DNA of 64,000 bases from a virus (lineage: Duplodnaviria > Heunggongvirae > Uroviricota > Caudoviricetes): IMG/VR virus record IMGVR_UViG_3300033405_000002, positions 32,001-96,000 of that record; one strand, written 5' to 3'. This document shows, in pieces, positions 32,748 to 42,720 of this stretch (the stretch's first letter is position 1; each line of letters starts with the position of its first letter). The translations under genes and the position numbers were made by a program. The notes beneath the pieces were generated by a model that saw nothing but the letters and a program-made list of their open reading frames with translations, was not told the origin of the DNA and ran no database searches.

Positions 32748-32930
32748 TTACTCACCATCGGGATACCGCCCGCCGATTCGTCCGCACCCTTCGCAGGGAT
32801 GCGAGATATGGCGCAAGCAGCCGGGATGATGACACGGCACGCCGGGTGGGAGCGGATGGCTCCAAACCACGGCGTAGTCCGGGTCGTTTTTTGCTTCTTC
32901 TACGTGCGCACGCAGGGCGTCTAACTCCAT
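32748..32930 (-). CDS. Small protein carrying a copy of a portal segment
   Basis: LRAHVEEAKNDPDYAVV vs portal LRAHVDEAKADPDYSVV; TAATG coupling. Confidence 0.55.
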   Translation of the reverse strand: MELDALRAHVEEAKNDPDYAVVWSHPLPPGVPCHHPGCLRHISHPCEGCGRIGGRYPDGE

Positions 32931-35548
32931 TACGCCATACCTTCGCCGGAGCCTTCCGGCCCTTCATCTTCAGAGTGATCCACTTCGTTGAGTTGCAAGC
33001 CCTTCGTGAGCTTCTTACCCAAGTCAGTGTTGGTCATCATCCATTCGCCAACGCTGCCATAGATATTACTGAGCATTTCGTTGAACTTAGAGTCTTTGAC
33101 CGTGAAGAGCGCGTCTTCCAACTTGCGCTCGCAATCCTCTGGGTCGAGGTTCAGGAACTCGTAAATGATGTCAACCGGGAGCGATCCCTTGCTGTACAGG
33201 TTGAAGAGCATGTCATACAAGTCGCCGGAGTCACGCAACGCCATACGGCTGAAGCTGACCTTCGGGAAAATCCAGCGCGGACGACCGTACTTGTCCATCT
33301 CGTAGAAACCCTTTTCCATCGCGATAGGCTTGAAGACCTGATCTTCGATGATCCCGGTAAGCAAGTCACGGAACTGAAGGTACGAGACGTTCATGATCTC
33401 CAACTGGATACGGTTCCCGCTGTACATGCCCTCACCAATCAGGATTTCGGGTGACAGACCTAAACCAATAGCCAAGTCGGAGTTCGTGTGCGAATACTCG
33501 CCGTCCAGCACGAGCAAACGTCCATCGGAGCCGATTTCGTCCCAGCGTGCTTCGTAGTTCAGCACAACGCTGTAGTCTGGGTCTGCCTTCGCTTCGTCAA
33601 CGTGGGCGCGGAGAGCCAGAACTTCGGCCGTTGGAATGCCCGGAGCGATGACCATTGTCTTCGGGGTCATGTTACGGGACGCAAGTGTACTCTGCACCTG
33701 ACGCAGCTTCTCGCGATAAATGACTGTGCGGATGCAACGTTGCAGGATCGAGCGACCGTGCAATTCATAGCCGCTCTTCTTGCGTGCAAAGTGAATGACG
33801 TAAGAACCCTTCATCGGGTCTTGATTGAGCGGAATCTTGCCTTCGGTCTGAATCTTTTCCTTGACCTCGGGTGGAACATCTGGGTCTTCGAGGTACGCCT
33901 GCTTCTGGTTCTCAGGCGGTTTGTAATAGATAGTTGGGCCGTCTTCCATTTGACCTTCGTTCGCCACTTCCATCTGTTCTGGTGGGAGAATCTGAATCTT
34001 GGTCGGGCCGTCGTAATCCTTGTTGGTCACGTGGCTGAACAGTTCAAGCTCTTCCGCCTTCTTCTCACGGATTTCCTTGAGTTCTTCGAGCAATTCCTTT
34101 TGCTTTTCGAGCAAGCGGAGCAAGTGCTTACGCTCCATCAAATCACGCTGTGCGGACACGGACATGCCAGTTGCAATAGCGTCTTGCGCCTCGCCAGCCA
34201 TGTCTCCGGGGATGCCCATACCGCCGCCCCCGCCTCCACCCATCGGGATGTCTCCACCGCCGCCGGGTGCGCCTGCACCTTCGATGTCACCTAACCCCGG
34301 ATCGCCTAGCGGAGCGCCTTCTGCGCCGGGGGCCGGAACTGCATCACCACCCGCTTCCGGTGGTGCGCCTGCACCCGCGCCTGCTGGTTCTGCCGCTGGA
34401 GCCGGGGCTGCGCCGCCTGCTGGCGGTTGAGCCACTTTTTCAAAACTCGCTTGCTGTTGAATTGGTGCGTTCAGTGAATCGTCATAATCAAACGAACGCC
34501 CAATAAGCTTCGCCAGCTTCTCGCGTGCTTCCGCAGCGATCTTGTCTAATGCCTTGGTGCCGCCTTGGTCAGCCGCAATGATGAGCTTTGCTAGGGTCTT
34601 GGCTGGAACCTTCGCGATCTTTGCGACCTTACGTGTCTGAGTGTTGAGCGCCGCCTTCGCCTTGGCAATCTTGCTTGCAACCTTCTCAATAGGCTCGTAG
34701 AAATCAAAATTGATCCCAGCAGCTTTCAACTCATCCAACACGGCAGAGCGTTTGTTGATCCATGACGAGCGCTTCCCCGGATCAAGGTATTCCATGATAC
34801 GGTCGGACGTGCCGCCAAGCGGCGTATGGAATTCAGACTCTTTGCCTTGTTCAGAACCAACGCTGTTCTGATCTTCTTCAACGATCTTCTGTGCTTCTTT
34901 GCAAGGCTCGATGTCGGCTGGCTTTTCAACGAAGATGAAGGTCTCGCCGATTGTCCAGTATTCTCGGACTGCATCAATCAGAACTTGGAACAGTTTCGTA
35001 GCACCAACGAAGCGCTGGAATTCATCGAACACGAAGTCCGCGTACTCTTCTGAAGAGCACTTTGGCTTGCTGAGTTCCATCTTGGACAACGGGAGTTCGG
35101 TGTGCAAATCAATGGCGCGACCAACGATTGGATCGCGGTCGTATGCCAGACGATAGAAACGCAGTTCTTCAGCACGGGATGCCGGGAGTTCCAAAGCGTC
35201 AACCGGAAATTCGTAGCTGTAATAACCAATGTTGTTGGAGTCGGCGATATTGGCATATCCGTCGCCGCCAGCGTCACCGAAGCCGAAACCTGCGGTCTTG
35301 CCAGTCTGAACTGTGGGATCACTACCGAGCAGGCTGTCAGCCAGCCCGCGCATCCCGCGCAGCTTGTTGCGGTAGGCTACGTCATCGGCGATCTTGTCAC
35401 CGTCCATGGTTGTGTAGCGCCCTGCGGAGGCATATTCACGAACGTTGCCGTCCTTGTCCGTGACTTTGGCGATCTTTCGGATGTCCTTAGTTGGGCCGAC
35501 GCTTACATTGCCTGTGCGCTTGCGTCTGGGTTTCTTCTCGTCTGCCAT
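32930..35548 (-). CDS. Portal protein with large insertion
   Basis: DPIVGRAIDLHTELP, GETF, IHFAR, GRSIL.R..R...YREKLRQ pattern typical of large-phage portals; next to structural genes. Confidence 0.7.
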   Translation of the reverse strand: MADEKKPRRKRTGNVSVGPTKDIRKIAKVTDKDGNVREYASAGRYTTMDGDKIADDVAYRNKLRGMRGLADSLLGSDPTVQTGKTAGFGFGDAGGDGYANIADSNNIGYYSYEFPVDALELPASRAEELRFYRLAYDRDPIVGRAIDLHTELPLSKMELSKPKCSSEEYADFVFDEFQRFVGATKLFQVLIDAVREYWTIGETFIFVEKPADIEPCKEAQKIVEEDQNSVGSEQGKESEFHTPLGGTSDRIMEYLDPGKRSSWINKRSAVLDELKAAGINFDFYEPIEKVASKIAKAKAALNTQTRKVAKIAKVPAKTLAKLIIAADQGGTKALDKIAAEAREKLAKLIGRSFDYDDSLNAPIQQQASFEKVAQPPAGGAAPAPAAEPAGAGAGAPPEAGGDAVPAPGAEGAPLGDPGLGDIEGAGAPGGGGDIPMGGGGGGGMGIPGDMAGEAQDAIATGMSVSAQRDLMERKHLLRLLEKQKELLEELKEIREKKAEELELFSHVTNKDYDGPTKIQILPPEQMEVANEGQMEDGPTIYYKPPENQKQAYLEDPDVPPEVKEKIQTEGKIPLNQDPMKGSYVIHFARKKSGYELHGRSILQRCIRTVIYREKLRQVQSTLASRNMTPKTMVIAPGIPTAEVLALRAHVDEAKADPDYSVVLNYEARWDEIGSDGRLLVLDGEYSHTNSDLAIGLGLSPEILIGEGMYSGNRIQLEIMNVSYLQFRDLLTGIIEDQVFKPIAMEKGFYEMDKYGRPRWIFPKVSFSRMALRDSGDLYDMLFNLYSKGSLPVDIIYEFLNLDPEDCERKLEDALFTVKDSKFNEMLSNIYGSVGEWMMTNTDLGKKLTKGLQLNEVDHSEDEGPEGSGEGMA

Positions 35549-35591
35549 TCGTATCCCCTGTAAAATGAATCAAAAGCACGATTTTCTGCCT

Positions 35592-36428
35592 TTATTCAGA
35601 TTCTTCGATCTCTTCCGTGGGGTCTTTGAAAGGATTAGGACGCTTGCGCTTCTTAGCCTTTTCGACGTCGATGTTTGCGAGCCGTTCCTTAGCGATCTCA
35701 AGCAGCGCGTCTGGAGGCAAACCCACAAGTTCCGGCGTACTGAAGCCTTCCGTGTCTTCCCCCTCTAACGGGATCGGATTGGCGGCCTGCTTCCGCAAAG
35801 CTGCACGTTTCTCCTCTTCCATGATGCGAAGACGAGCTTTCCGCGCCGCTGAATGTGCTTTTTCCAGCACAATCTCCATCTGGGCTGCTTCCTTAACCTT
35901 GGACTCACTCATAGCCCGGATGCCTGCGTAGGCTTGCTTCAGAAGCTCCACGGTTGGTGCGAGCGCCTTGCGCTCATCATCCCCCAAGAACTCCCACAAC
36001 CTAGTGAGCCAAAGCATCGTGCCCTTCAGTTGGTCGTGCGCACGCACAGATAAACCCATTGCATTGTAGAGCTTGCGAGAATCAAGCCGCATCAAAGAAC
36101 GCTTCCTGATAATCTCCGTCTCGCCGTCGTTGGAAGGGTCGATCATCCATTCGGCAAACTTTGTCGGGATCGGAGGGGCGAACGTGACAAACTCTTTGCC
36201 TTGAAGTGCTGCTTTGGATTTAGTGAAGCGGGATTTGCGAGGTTTGTGTTCCCCGATTTGCTTGACAACGGAGTCGTATTGATCGCCTTCAGGGAGTCCA
36301 AAAGCGTGCTCCCCTTCTTCGAGCGCTTCTGACCATTCGCGTCCGCACTTCTTGCAGGAGCCGAAGTAGTCGATCTGACCATTGCACTGCGGGCAGCGCT
36401 TGTCAGCATTCTTTTTTGACGGTGCCAT
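35592..36428 (-). CDS. Hypothetical protein with N-terminal zinc ribbon
   Basis: CPQC..CKKC; 278-aa ORF. Confidence 0.6.
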   Translation of the reverse strand: MAPSKKNADKRCPQCNGQIDYFGSCKKCGREWSEALEEGEHAFGLPEGDQYDSVVKQIGEHKPRKSRFTKSKAALQGKEFVTFAPPIPTKFAEWMIDPSNDGETEIIRKRSLMRLDSRKLYNAMGLSVRAHDQLKGTMLWLTRLWEFLGDDERKALAPTVELLKQAYAGIRAMSESKVKEAAQMEIVLEKAHSAARKARLRIMEEEKRAALRKQAANPIPLEGEDTEGFSTPELVGLPPDALLEIAKERLANIDVEKAKKRKRPNPFKDPTEEIEESE

Positions 36429-36429
36429 G

Positions 36430-39400
36430 TTATGCCTCTACTTGAGGCGGCTGGAAATCAAGTGCTTCTTGAAAAACAGGGGGAAGTCCTGTATCTGCAA
36501 TGATTTCGTCGCCCAAAATCGGCACATTGGGACGCTTCACATTCGCCGTGAGTGGGATAGCACCCATGAAACCAAACTCTGGGCACTTCGTGTCGCGTGC
36601 GTGAATGTCCATGCGAGCTTCGTACTGCGCCAGTGTCTCAAGGCAATCGTCCTGACCGTCAGGGATGTGGTCAATCGTCCAAAACTCATGAAGCTGGAGC
36701 AGAGCAACCAGCGCACGCTTGATCTTTTTCGGCTCAGTCAGAGGCCAGCCATTTTTCGCGTTCGTGTCAAAGAGGCACGCCGAAGATTCCATTGCACGTG
36801 GATGTAAGTTCGCCTGCATCCAAGCCTTGGCACGTGCGATTTGTGTCTGGTCGCCGGAGACCAGAGCGCGAAGAAGATTCTTTCTCGTCGGCGCGTCAAA
36901 CTCATCGGGAATGTATGTCTCAATCCCGTCAATGAACGTGTACCCGGCTGGGTCTTTCTTGTCTGTGACGTTGTGGTCAACGTCCCAGCTATGCCCGTAC
37001 TCCGCGTCAGTCTCAATCGGCACAACCCAACCCATCTTCTCATGATACTTGCGCAGCTTCATCAAACGCGTAAGACGCGGCAGGATGAACGGCACGTATT
37101 CGTTCTTGATCGAGATGTCAATTTCGTCATGCACCGATCCGTGGAAGCGGAACACTTTCTGAATGTCCGGGTCTTTGTTGATCCATGCCTTGATGCGGTT
37201 GATGGCGATGCGCATAAAGTCGCCGGACAAACCCTGCACCGGGCAGTTGACTGCTACGCGCTGAATGTAACCGATGAACTTGTTGTAGTCCATGGCGTTG
37301 CGCACACCAGTCTCCGGGTTCTTCCAGAGACGCTGGGCTGCGTCCTCATACTTCTTAGCGCGATCTTCATCCTTCTCCGACTTGGCTTTCTTAGCTTCGC
37401 GCTTCCAGTCGTAGTATTGGCTGAGTCGGTTGCGCTCTTCTTTCGTAGGCACGTGAATGCCTTCAGCTTCCATCGCAGACTTAAAGTTGATGATGCGCCC
37501 TGTTGCGGTCTCGGTGACAAACTGGTCGCGAGCACGGGCCTGCTTACCTTCGCACCAGCCTTTGAACACAGGCACGCCAGCCCAATACTTGTCTACGCGC
37601 TCTTGGCAAAGCTCCATCGTGATTGTTGGATCGTTCTTAACCAAGTTCTTGTAGATAGCGTGAGCCGTGCCGCCGTACTGAAGGGCGAAGTTGATGATCT
37701 TAGCGATGGACCGCAGAGACTTTGCTTTGTACAGCTTGCTCGTCGGATCAGAATACTCAGGGAAAATCTTACGCGCTGTCAGGGCGTGGTGGTCACCGTC
37801 CCCCTTCAGGAAGATGTCAATAAGTTCTGGCTCGCCGGAAAGGTTAGCAGCGGTGCGAACTTCGATGTTCGAATAGTCAATCGTGAAGAAGGTCCAGCCG
37901 TCTTCTGCACGAAACAAAATACGCAGGTTGCATACTTCGTTCGCGTCCATGGACGTGTTGGGGATCAGAATGCCAAACTTGTTTGCACACGTCGTGCATT
38001 TCGGCACAAGGCAAATCGCATAGTCCATGTACTGACCAATGTGATTCTTGATGATTCCCGGTGCCTTCTTTCCGTCTTGGTCAAAGCAGGACGGGTCTAA
38101 GTCGGCTTCGGTGTATTCTTCGATCTCATGCTCTGGGATAGTGTCTGGCTCAAGCACGTTACCGTAGACGCGCCAGAAGTCATCTTCTTCAAACTTCGCC
38201 ACGCCCTGCGGGTTCCATTCCATGCCGCCATCTTTTTCAAACGTGCCGCCAGAGCCGGACAAGCGCCCGCCGGGAACAACGTTCTGCTTCAGGTACAAAC
38301 GTGCGGTGTTATCCCGCTGGTCGTACTGCAAGTTGTCAGGATGCAGTGCGGATAGTTCGCGGTACTTCTGGAACGTGAGCAGGAATTTGTTGTCTGGATT
38401 TGCCTTGACAAGCTCTTGCAAAGTTTCCTTGTCAGTAGACGGATCGCCGGACTTATCGTTTGTGCGGAAAGGCTTGAACCCCATCAGCTTGAACAGAAGT
38501 TGCTGTAGTTGCTTCGGCGAGCTTGGATTGAATTCTCCCGTCCATCCGGCTTCACACGCCATTTCAGTCAACGCCGCTTTCAACTTAGCGGTCTCGCGTG
38601 CGTGCCAGCGAGCCGTGCGCTTCTGGCGATCAATATCAACCAAGTAGCGCTGGCGCTCAATATAAGCGAGTGAGTCCACTAGCTCATGGTCAATCCGATG
38701 AACGAGCTTACGGCTGCGGGCCAAGTCCTTCATGCAATCCCACAGCAACCAAGTACAAATCGAGTCGGCAGCGGCGTACCATAGAGCGATGTCCGGTGGA
38801 ACCCATGTGAACGGGACAACCTGCATCTTGAGCGAGTTCTTTTGCGTAGCTACATTGAACACGTGGCAACGCACCTTAGCCACTTCGTCAATGTCGATCT
38901 GCTCCAGACCCAGCACGTTCAATGACAGCGCCTTCAAGCCGCCAGCGTCACCAGAATAGTTTCCTGTGTCGCCAAGATCGGCCTTTGGATCGTTGATGTA
39001 CTTCAGAACTTGCACGTCTTCAAAGTGTGGGTACGGGCGGAAGTTGATGCCTAACGTGATACGCATCACTTCGCGGTCAAACTTCGCGTTGTAGAAAACC
39101 AGATGGGATTTGTCGAAAAGCTTCTGAAGAATTCGAGCTACGTCTTCACGCGGGACATTCGTTCCCTTTTCGTGATTGATGGGGATGTACAGACCTTCAA
39201 TGCCGTCAGCGGATAAGCACACTCCGGCGATGTCAGTCCCGGTCTCATAAACCATGACCCACTCGCCTTCCGGCGTCTGTTGAATATCAGTGAAGATGCG
39301 GGTGTCAAGGCTGGTCGTCTCAGTGTCAACCGCGATAACAGGGCAAGTCTCTTTGGAGACATTGAAGGTGTGATACCGGGATGTGTCCGCGAGAACACCA

Positions 39401-39666
39401 TCGGCCCACTTCTCTAACTCTTCAGCGGTTGTGACGAGACGAAAAACTTTCTCACTCATCCAAGGCTTCTTAATGCCTTCGACTGTGATGTCTCTCAGCT
39501 TCTCGCGAAAGACAGTACGCATGTCCCGTGCTGGCTTTACCTTCTTTGGCTTTGGCGGTTTCGGTGCCTTCGGCTCTTTCGGCGCAGCGGCTTTACGAGT
39601 TCTTTTCGGCTTGGCTGGAACGTCCGGTTGAACCTGAACGTCTGTGATTGGCTGTTCGTCAGACAG
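36430..39666 (-). CDS. polA: Family A DNA polymerase (probable CUG start; first ATG at 39522)
   Basis: Exo I AVDTETT, Exo II YNAKFD, Exo III YAAAD; motif A DYSNIEVR, B R..AK..NF..QYG, C VHDEI. Confidence 0.95.
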   Translation of the reverse strand: MSDEQPITDVQVQPDVPAKPKRTRKAAAPKEPKAPKPPKPKKVKPARDMRTVFREKLRDITVEGIKKPWMSEKVFRLVTTAEELEKWADGVLADTSRYHTFNVSKETCPVIAVDTETTSLDTRIFTDIQQTPEGEWVMVYETGTDIAGVCLSADGIEGLYIPINHEKGTNVPREDVARILQKLFDKSHLVFYNAKFDREVMRITLGINFRPYPHFEDVQVLKYINDPKADLGDTGNYSGDAGGLKALSLNVLGLEQIDIDEVAKVRCHVFNVATQKNSLKMQVVPFTWVPPDIALWYAAADSICTWLLWDCMKDLARSRKLVHRIDHELVDSLAYIERQRYLVDIDRQKRTARWHARETAKLKAALTEMACEAGWTGEFNPSSPKQLQQLLFKLMGFKPFRTNDKSGDPSTDKETLQELVKANPDNKFLLTFQKYRELSALHPDNLQYDQRDNTARLYLKQNVVPGGRLSGSGGTFEKDGGMEWNPQGVAKFEEDDFWRVYGNVLEPDTIPEHEIEEYTEADLDPSCFDQDGKKAPGIIKNHIGQYMDYAICLVPKCTTCANKFGILIPNTSMDANEVCNLRILFRAEDGWTFFTIDYSNIEVRTAANLSGEPELIDIFLKGDGDHHALTARKIFPEYSDPTSKLYKAKSLRSIAKIINFALQYGGTAHAIYKNLVKNDPTITMELCQERVDKYWAGVPVFKGWCEGKQARARDQFVTETATGRIINFKSAMEAEGIHVPTKEERNRLSQYYDWKREAKKAKSEKDEDRAKKYEDAAQRLWKNPETGVRNAMDYNKFIGYIQRVAVNCPVQGLSGDFMRIAINRIKAWINKDPDIQKVFRFHGSVHDEIDISIKNEYVPFILPRLTRLMKLRKYHEKMGWVVPIETDAEYGHSWDVDHNVTDKKDPAGYTFIDGIETYIPDEFDAPTRKNLLRALVSGDQTQIARAKAWMQANLHPRAMESSACLFDTNAKNGWPLTEPKKIKRALVALLQLHEFWTIDHIPDGQDDCLETLAQYEARMDIHARDTKCPEFGFMGAIPLTANVKRPNVPILGDEIIADTGLPPVFQEALDFQPPQVEA

Positions 39667-39714
39667 AAGAGTTATCCCCCATCTGACTTAATACTGCGTG
39701 ACGGGGAAACTAGA

Positions 39715-39790
39715 TGGTGGGTAGTCCGGGAGTCGAACCCGATTCTCTGGGGTTTCAAGCCAGCGCAATGGCCGCACTTGCTCACTACCC
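39715..39790 (-). tRNA. tRNA-Phe(GAA), C31:C39 mismatch
   Basis: Cloverleaf, loop TTGAAAC, encoded CCA. Confidence 0.75.
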
Positions 39791-39809
39791 ATCTTGAATT
39801 GTTGGGGAT

Positions 39810-39885
39810 TGGTGGGACGGGCTGGATTCGAACCAGCAACGCGCACCTCTTCAGGGTGCCGCTCTACCATTGGAGCTACCGTCCC
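39810..39885 (-). tRNA. tRNA-Phe(GAA)
   Basis: GCACC-CTGAAGA-GGTGC, TTCGAAT, CCA. Confidence 0.93.
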
Positions 39886-39957
39886 AAGACATGAGGGACA
39901 CGCACGGTTAGAGGACCGTGGTGTCCACCGTAAACAAGTCGAGCTGGGACGTAAGCT

Positions 39958-40200
39958 TCATCTTTTTGCTACCTGTCTCTTGCGGCTGCGCACTTGGCGC
40001 TGCCCTTCACTGCACTGACAAGATTCTATCAGCGAATTACATGTACCGCAATAGGATTCCGACACGATGATGCTGTTGTCGTGACCTTCGCGGTAATACG
40101 GATTGCAATTGTACTGCCTGCTGCACGGCTCTAACTTCTCGCCCTTCTGAGTGTCACGGTTAATGACGTTGTTCAGATGGATACACGTTTCGCAACCCAA
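39958..40200 (-). CDS. Small Cys-rich hypothetical protein
   Basis: AGGAG RBS before TTG. Confidence 0.45.
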   Translation of the reverse strand: MGCETCIHLNNVINRDTQKGEKLEPCSRQYNCNPYYREGHDNSIIVSESYCGTCNSLIESCQCSEGQRQVRSRKRQVAKR

Positions 40201-40214
40201 ATGTTTCTCCTAAA

Positions 40215-40845
40215 CCCATCCGGTTTTTGACGAACCGGAAAAACGTTTACTGCTTTCACTCATACCATCACGAGGTTTAGCTTCCCCCGGCGTCATTGAC
40301 GCGAAACTAATTGAGCGCGTGATCTGCGTATACCCGGTCATAGGAACAGTCAAGCTGTCGTATCCGGCACTACCGATCATCCCGTCTTTAACGTCAGACG
40401 CTCAAACTTTATCCGGTCGGCTGGGGATTCCCGATTCTCCACCCCAACATGACTCTTCTCCCGGCCCTTGCGGTAACCGGGCAACTCGCACCATTTGCCG
40501 ATGCGGTTGCATACCATTGAGTCTAGCCGATCTGCACAAGGTGCTCGAAAGTACACCTACTACCATGCAGTGGGCGTAGCGTCTCTATTTCAGGCTTTCG
40601 CCTGCCGAGTTTCCCCGATGGATCGTGTCTTTTCGCGCCACGACCGGAAACTTATGACCGAGCACATTCCGGTTATCCTAGTATCCCGATACGGCTTACC
40701 ACTGGTTGACTAGAACCCTTATCGTGGATGCCTCTAGCGGACCTTACGGTATCCGCCCCCCGCTGCTGCGTTTTTTATACTGGAGGTAGTCGATCAAATC
40801 AAATTGATCGGCCGAACCAGTTGAATCACGGGCCACTCGGTCAAA
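40215..40845 (-). ncRNA. Candidate large structured ncRNA (~630 nt)
   Basis: No credible ORF; minus-strand GNRA/UUCG hairpins (CAGGC-GAAA-GCCTG, GCGGATACC-GTAA-GGTCCGC, CC-GCAA-GG); inside tRNA cluster. Confidence 0.6.
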
Positions 40846-40849
40846 CTAA

Positions 40850-40992
40850 TTCGCAGGGAACAAAACCGCACGGCGTTTTTCGTTGCCTGACGCTCTGCCA
40901 ACTGAGCTACACCCAGCCTAAGCCGGATGGTGAGATTCGAACTCACGACCTTCTGGTTGAGTAGAAGTATCCGTACAATACACCGCTGCGAA
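40850..40992 (-). ncRNA. YrlA-like Y RNA
   Basis: Terminal stem TTCGCAG/CTGCGAA; GGATACTTC; permuted tRNA module with T arm, loop-closed acceptor stem, then D arm TAGCTCAGTTGGCAGAGC. Confidence 0.75.
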
Positions 40993-41068
40993 AGCCGTTG
41001 TGCAAGCCTGCGGTCCCCTCAATGTCGCGCAGTTTGAGTTCAACAAAGGGCGAACACTTGCACAAAAT

Positions 41069-41144
41069 TGGTTGCGGAGGATGGATTTGCACCATCGTTA
41101 ACAGGTTATGAGCCTATTGTATTGTCCTACGCTACTACCCCGCA
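41069..41144 (-). tRNA. tRNA-Met(CAT), divergent
   Basis: ATAGG-CTCATAA-CCTGT, T-loop TGCAAAT, CCA. Confidence 0.75.
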
Positions 41145-41361
41145 ATAAATCTTTGTGGCGCAGTCGGCATACGGACCTCCGAACACTCACGCTTCCAAAA
41201 GCGGCGCTGCGCCACGAAACTTCTGGGAGTCGCTTGGCGACTCCACTCACAAGGCGCTTAGCGCCTCGCTAGAACTTGACATGCGTGTTATGTGGCTTCA
41301 ACGCATTACACAAGGTCGCCACGGAGGGTTCCCCCCGCTTCATCACACCCACCCTTGCTTC

Positions 41362-41443
<82 letters not shown>

Positions 41444-41569
41444 TCAACCTAATGATCGGGAGTCACCCCGATGGCTACTTTTCTTGGACTTAAAGCCATT
41501 TGATCGCTTGCGCGACCCTTTTTCGGTCAAAGACATTTTTCACCCGGCTTACGCCGCAAACTTAAAAAC

Positions 41570-41776
41570 TCAGAGCCACAGGCAAGCCGCAACCCCACCA
41601 CTTTCAGAGCCTTGCAATCTGGCGCAAGCCTAGCTTATATGCGCCCTCAAGCCGGATCGAACTTGCAAGGATGCCAGTGGTTCCGCTGCCTTCCGTCTAA
41701 ACCGCAGAGTTATGCACAGTCGGATCATACATCAGTCGGCATTTCTGCCGTCCACCAGCGTCTTTTTGTGGCTCTG
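41570..41776 (-). ncRNA. raiA-motif-like structured RNA
   Basis: Closing stem CAGAGCCACA/TGTGGCTCTG; ordered blocks ATGCC, GATCC, TGCGGTTTAGACGGAAG, GTGGGG as recalled for raiA RNAs. Confidence 0.5.
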
Positions 41777-41789
41777 TCTTATGATACTG

Positions 41790-42699
41790 CTATTCTGTTT
41801 TTTCTGCCAGCTTTTCAGCGTCGTAACGCTTGTGATCTGCCAGTTCTTCTTCGACCCATCTCCAAACTTCAGGGTCATGTGCGAACTTCTCGCGGGCTTC
41901 ATCCAGCGTTAGCTCCCACGTGGGCCACGCTTTATAGAAGTCCTTGTGCTTCCACACCCACTGCAAGCACGGATCGCAAACGTGGCAGTGCCAGATCGAA
42001 TGGATGCTGTCGCCGTAATACTCTTCGAACGTTGACGGCTCTTCATCCCACTCAGCGTCCCATACCCGCTTGATGCTGCGGATGAACTTTGGGAGCTTGA
42101 TGTAATCCGTGTAATGACAAACCCAAGTACCGATGTCCCAGAAGAACCACTCCAAAACCACCCAGTACCAGATTGAATCTTCGAGACAGATCAGAACGCG
42201 AACGTCCTTCTCTTCCCACCCACGCATGGCTGTATGCCAGCGCTTAACGCGAAACTGCAACACTGAGCGTACCCACGCCCAGAGCTTAGTGAATGACAAC
42301 ATGTTGTTCCTCCGACCGTCCACACCTTACACGGTATGTACGGTCTTGCTAAGGTTAGCCATGTTGTCCTCCATCTTTAGATTTCTTCTCATGCGGCTCG
42401 TGCGTTGGTGGAAACACCCACGCCTTGCACTCGTTGCACCATACGTTCGGATCGAGCACTGAACGCAGGTACATCAAACGCCGCGTTGTATCGTAATCCC
42501 AGCAACCGTGCGGGATCACTTCATTAAGCAATTCACACGCCTGCTCTCGCGCAACCACGTCCATATCGAGATAGCCGTCAGCTTTGCTCATAATTGGTCG
42601 CAGTCCCCAGATTCTCACTGGCGCTTCAGGATGGTAATGGGCCATCCACGCGGGACGAGCCGGAGCCATTAACTCCGACCCTACAATCCTGAACTGCAA
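41790..42699 (-). CDS. Two hypothetical genes (41790-42302, 42355-42699)
   Basis: ORFs between RNA genes; GGAGG RBS for the first. Confidence 0.55.
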
Positions 42700-42720
42700 A
42701 GTTCATTTTACCACTAAAAC

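Noticed and set aside
36841-38100. Long antisense ORFs (also 6538-7512, 18297-19274, 33488-34294, 54237-55043, 57576-58424)
   Set aside because: Shadows of well-supported genes on the opposite strand with no motifs
36430-39522. Intein in the DNA polymerase
   Set aside because: Insertions exist but no C/S...HN-C/S/T splice motifs or LAGLIDADG blocks were seen
40215-40845. tmRNA, RNase P RNA or group I intron
   Set aside because: No tRNA-like ends with CCA, no GAGGAAAGUCC, and no interrupted host gene evident by eye
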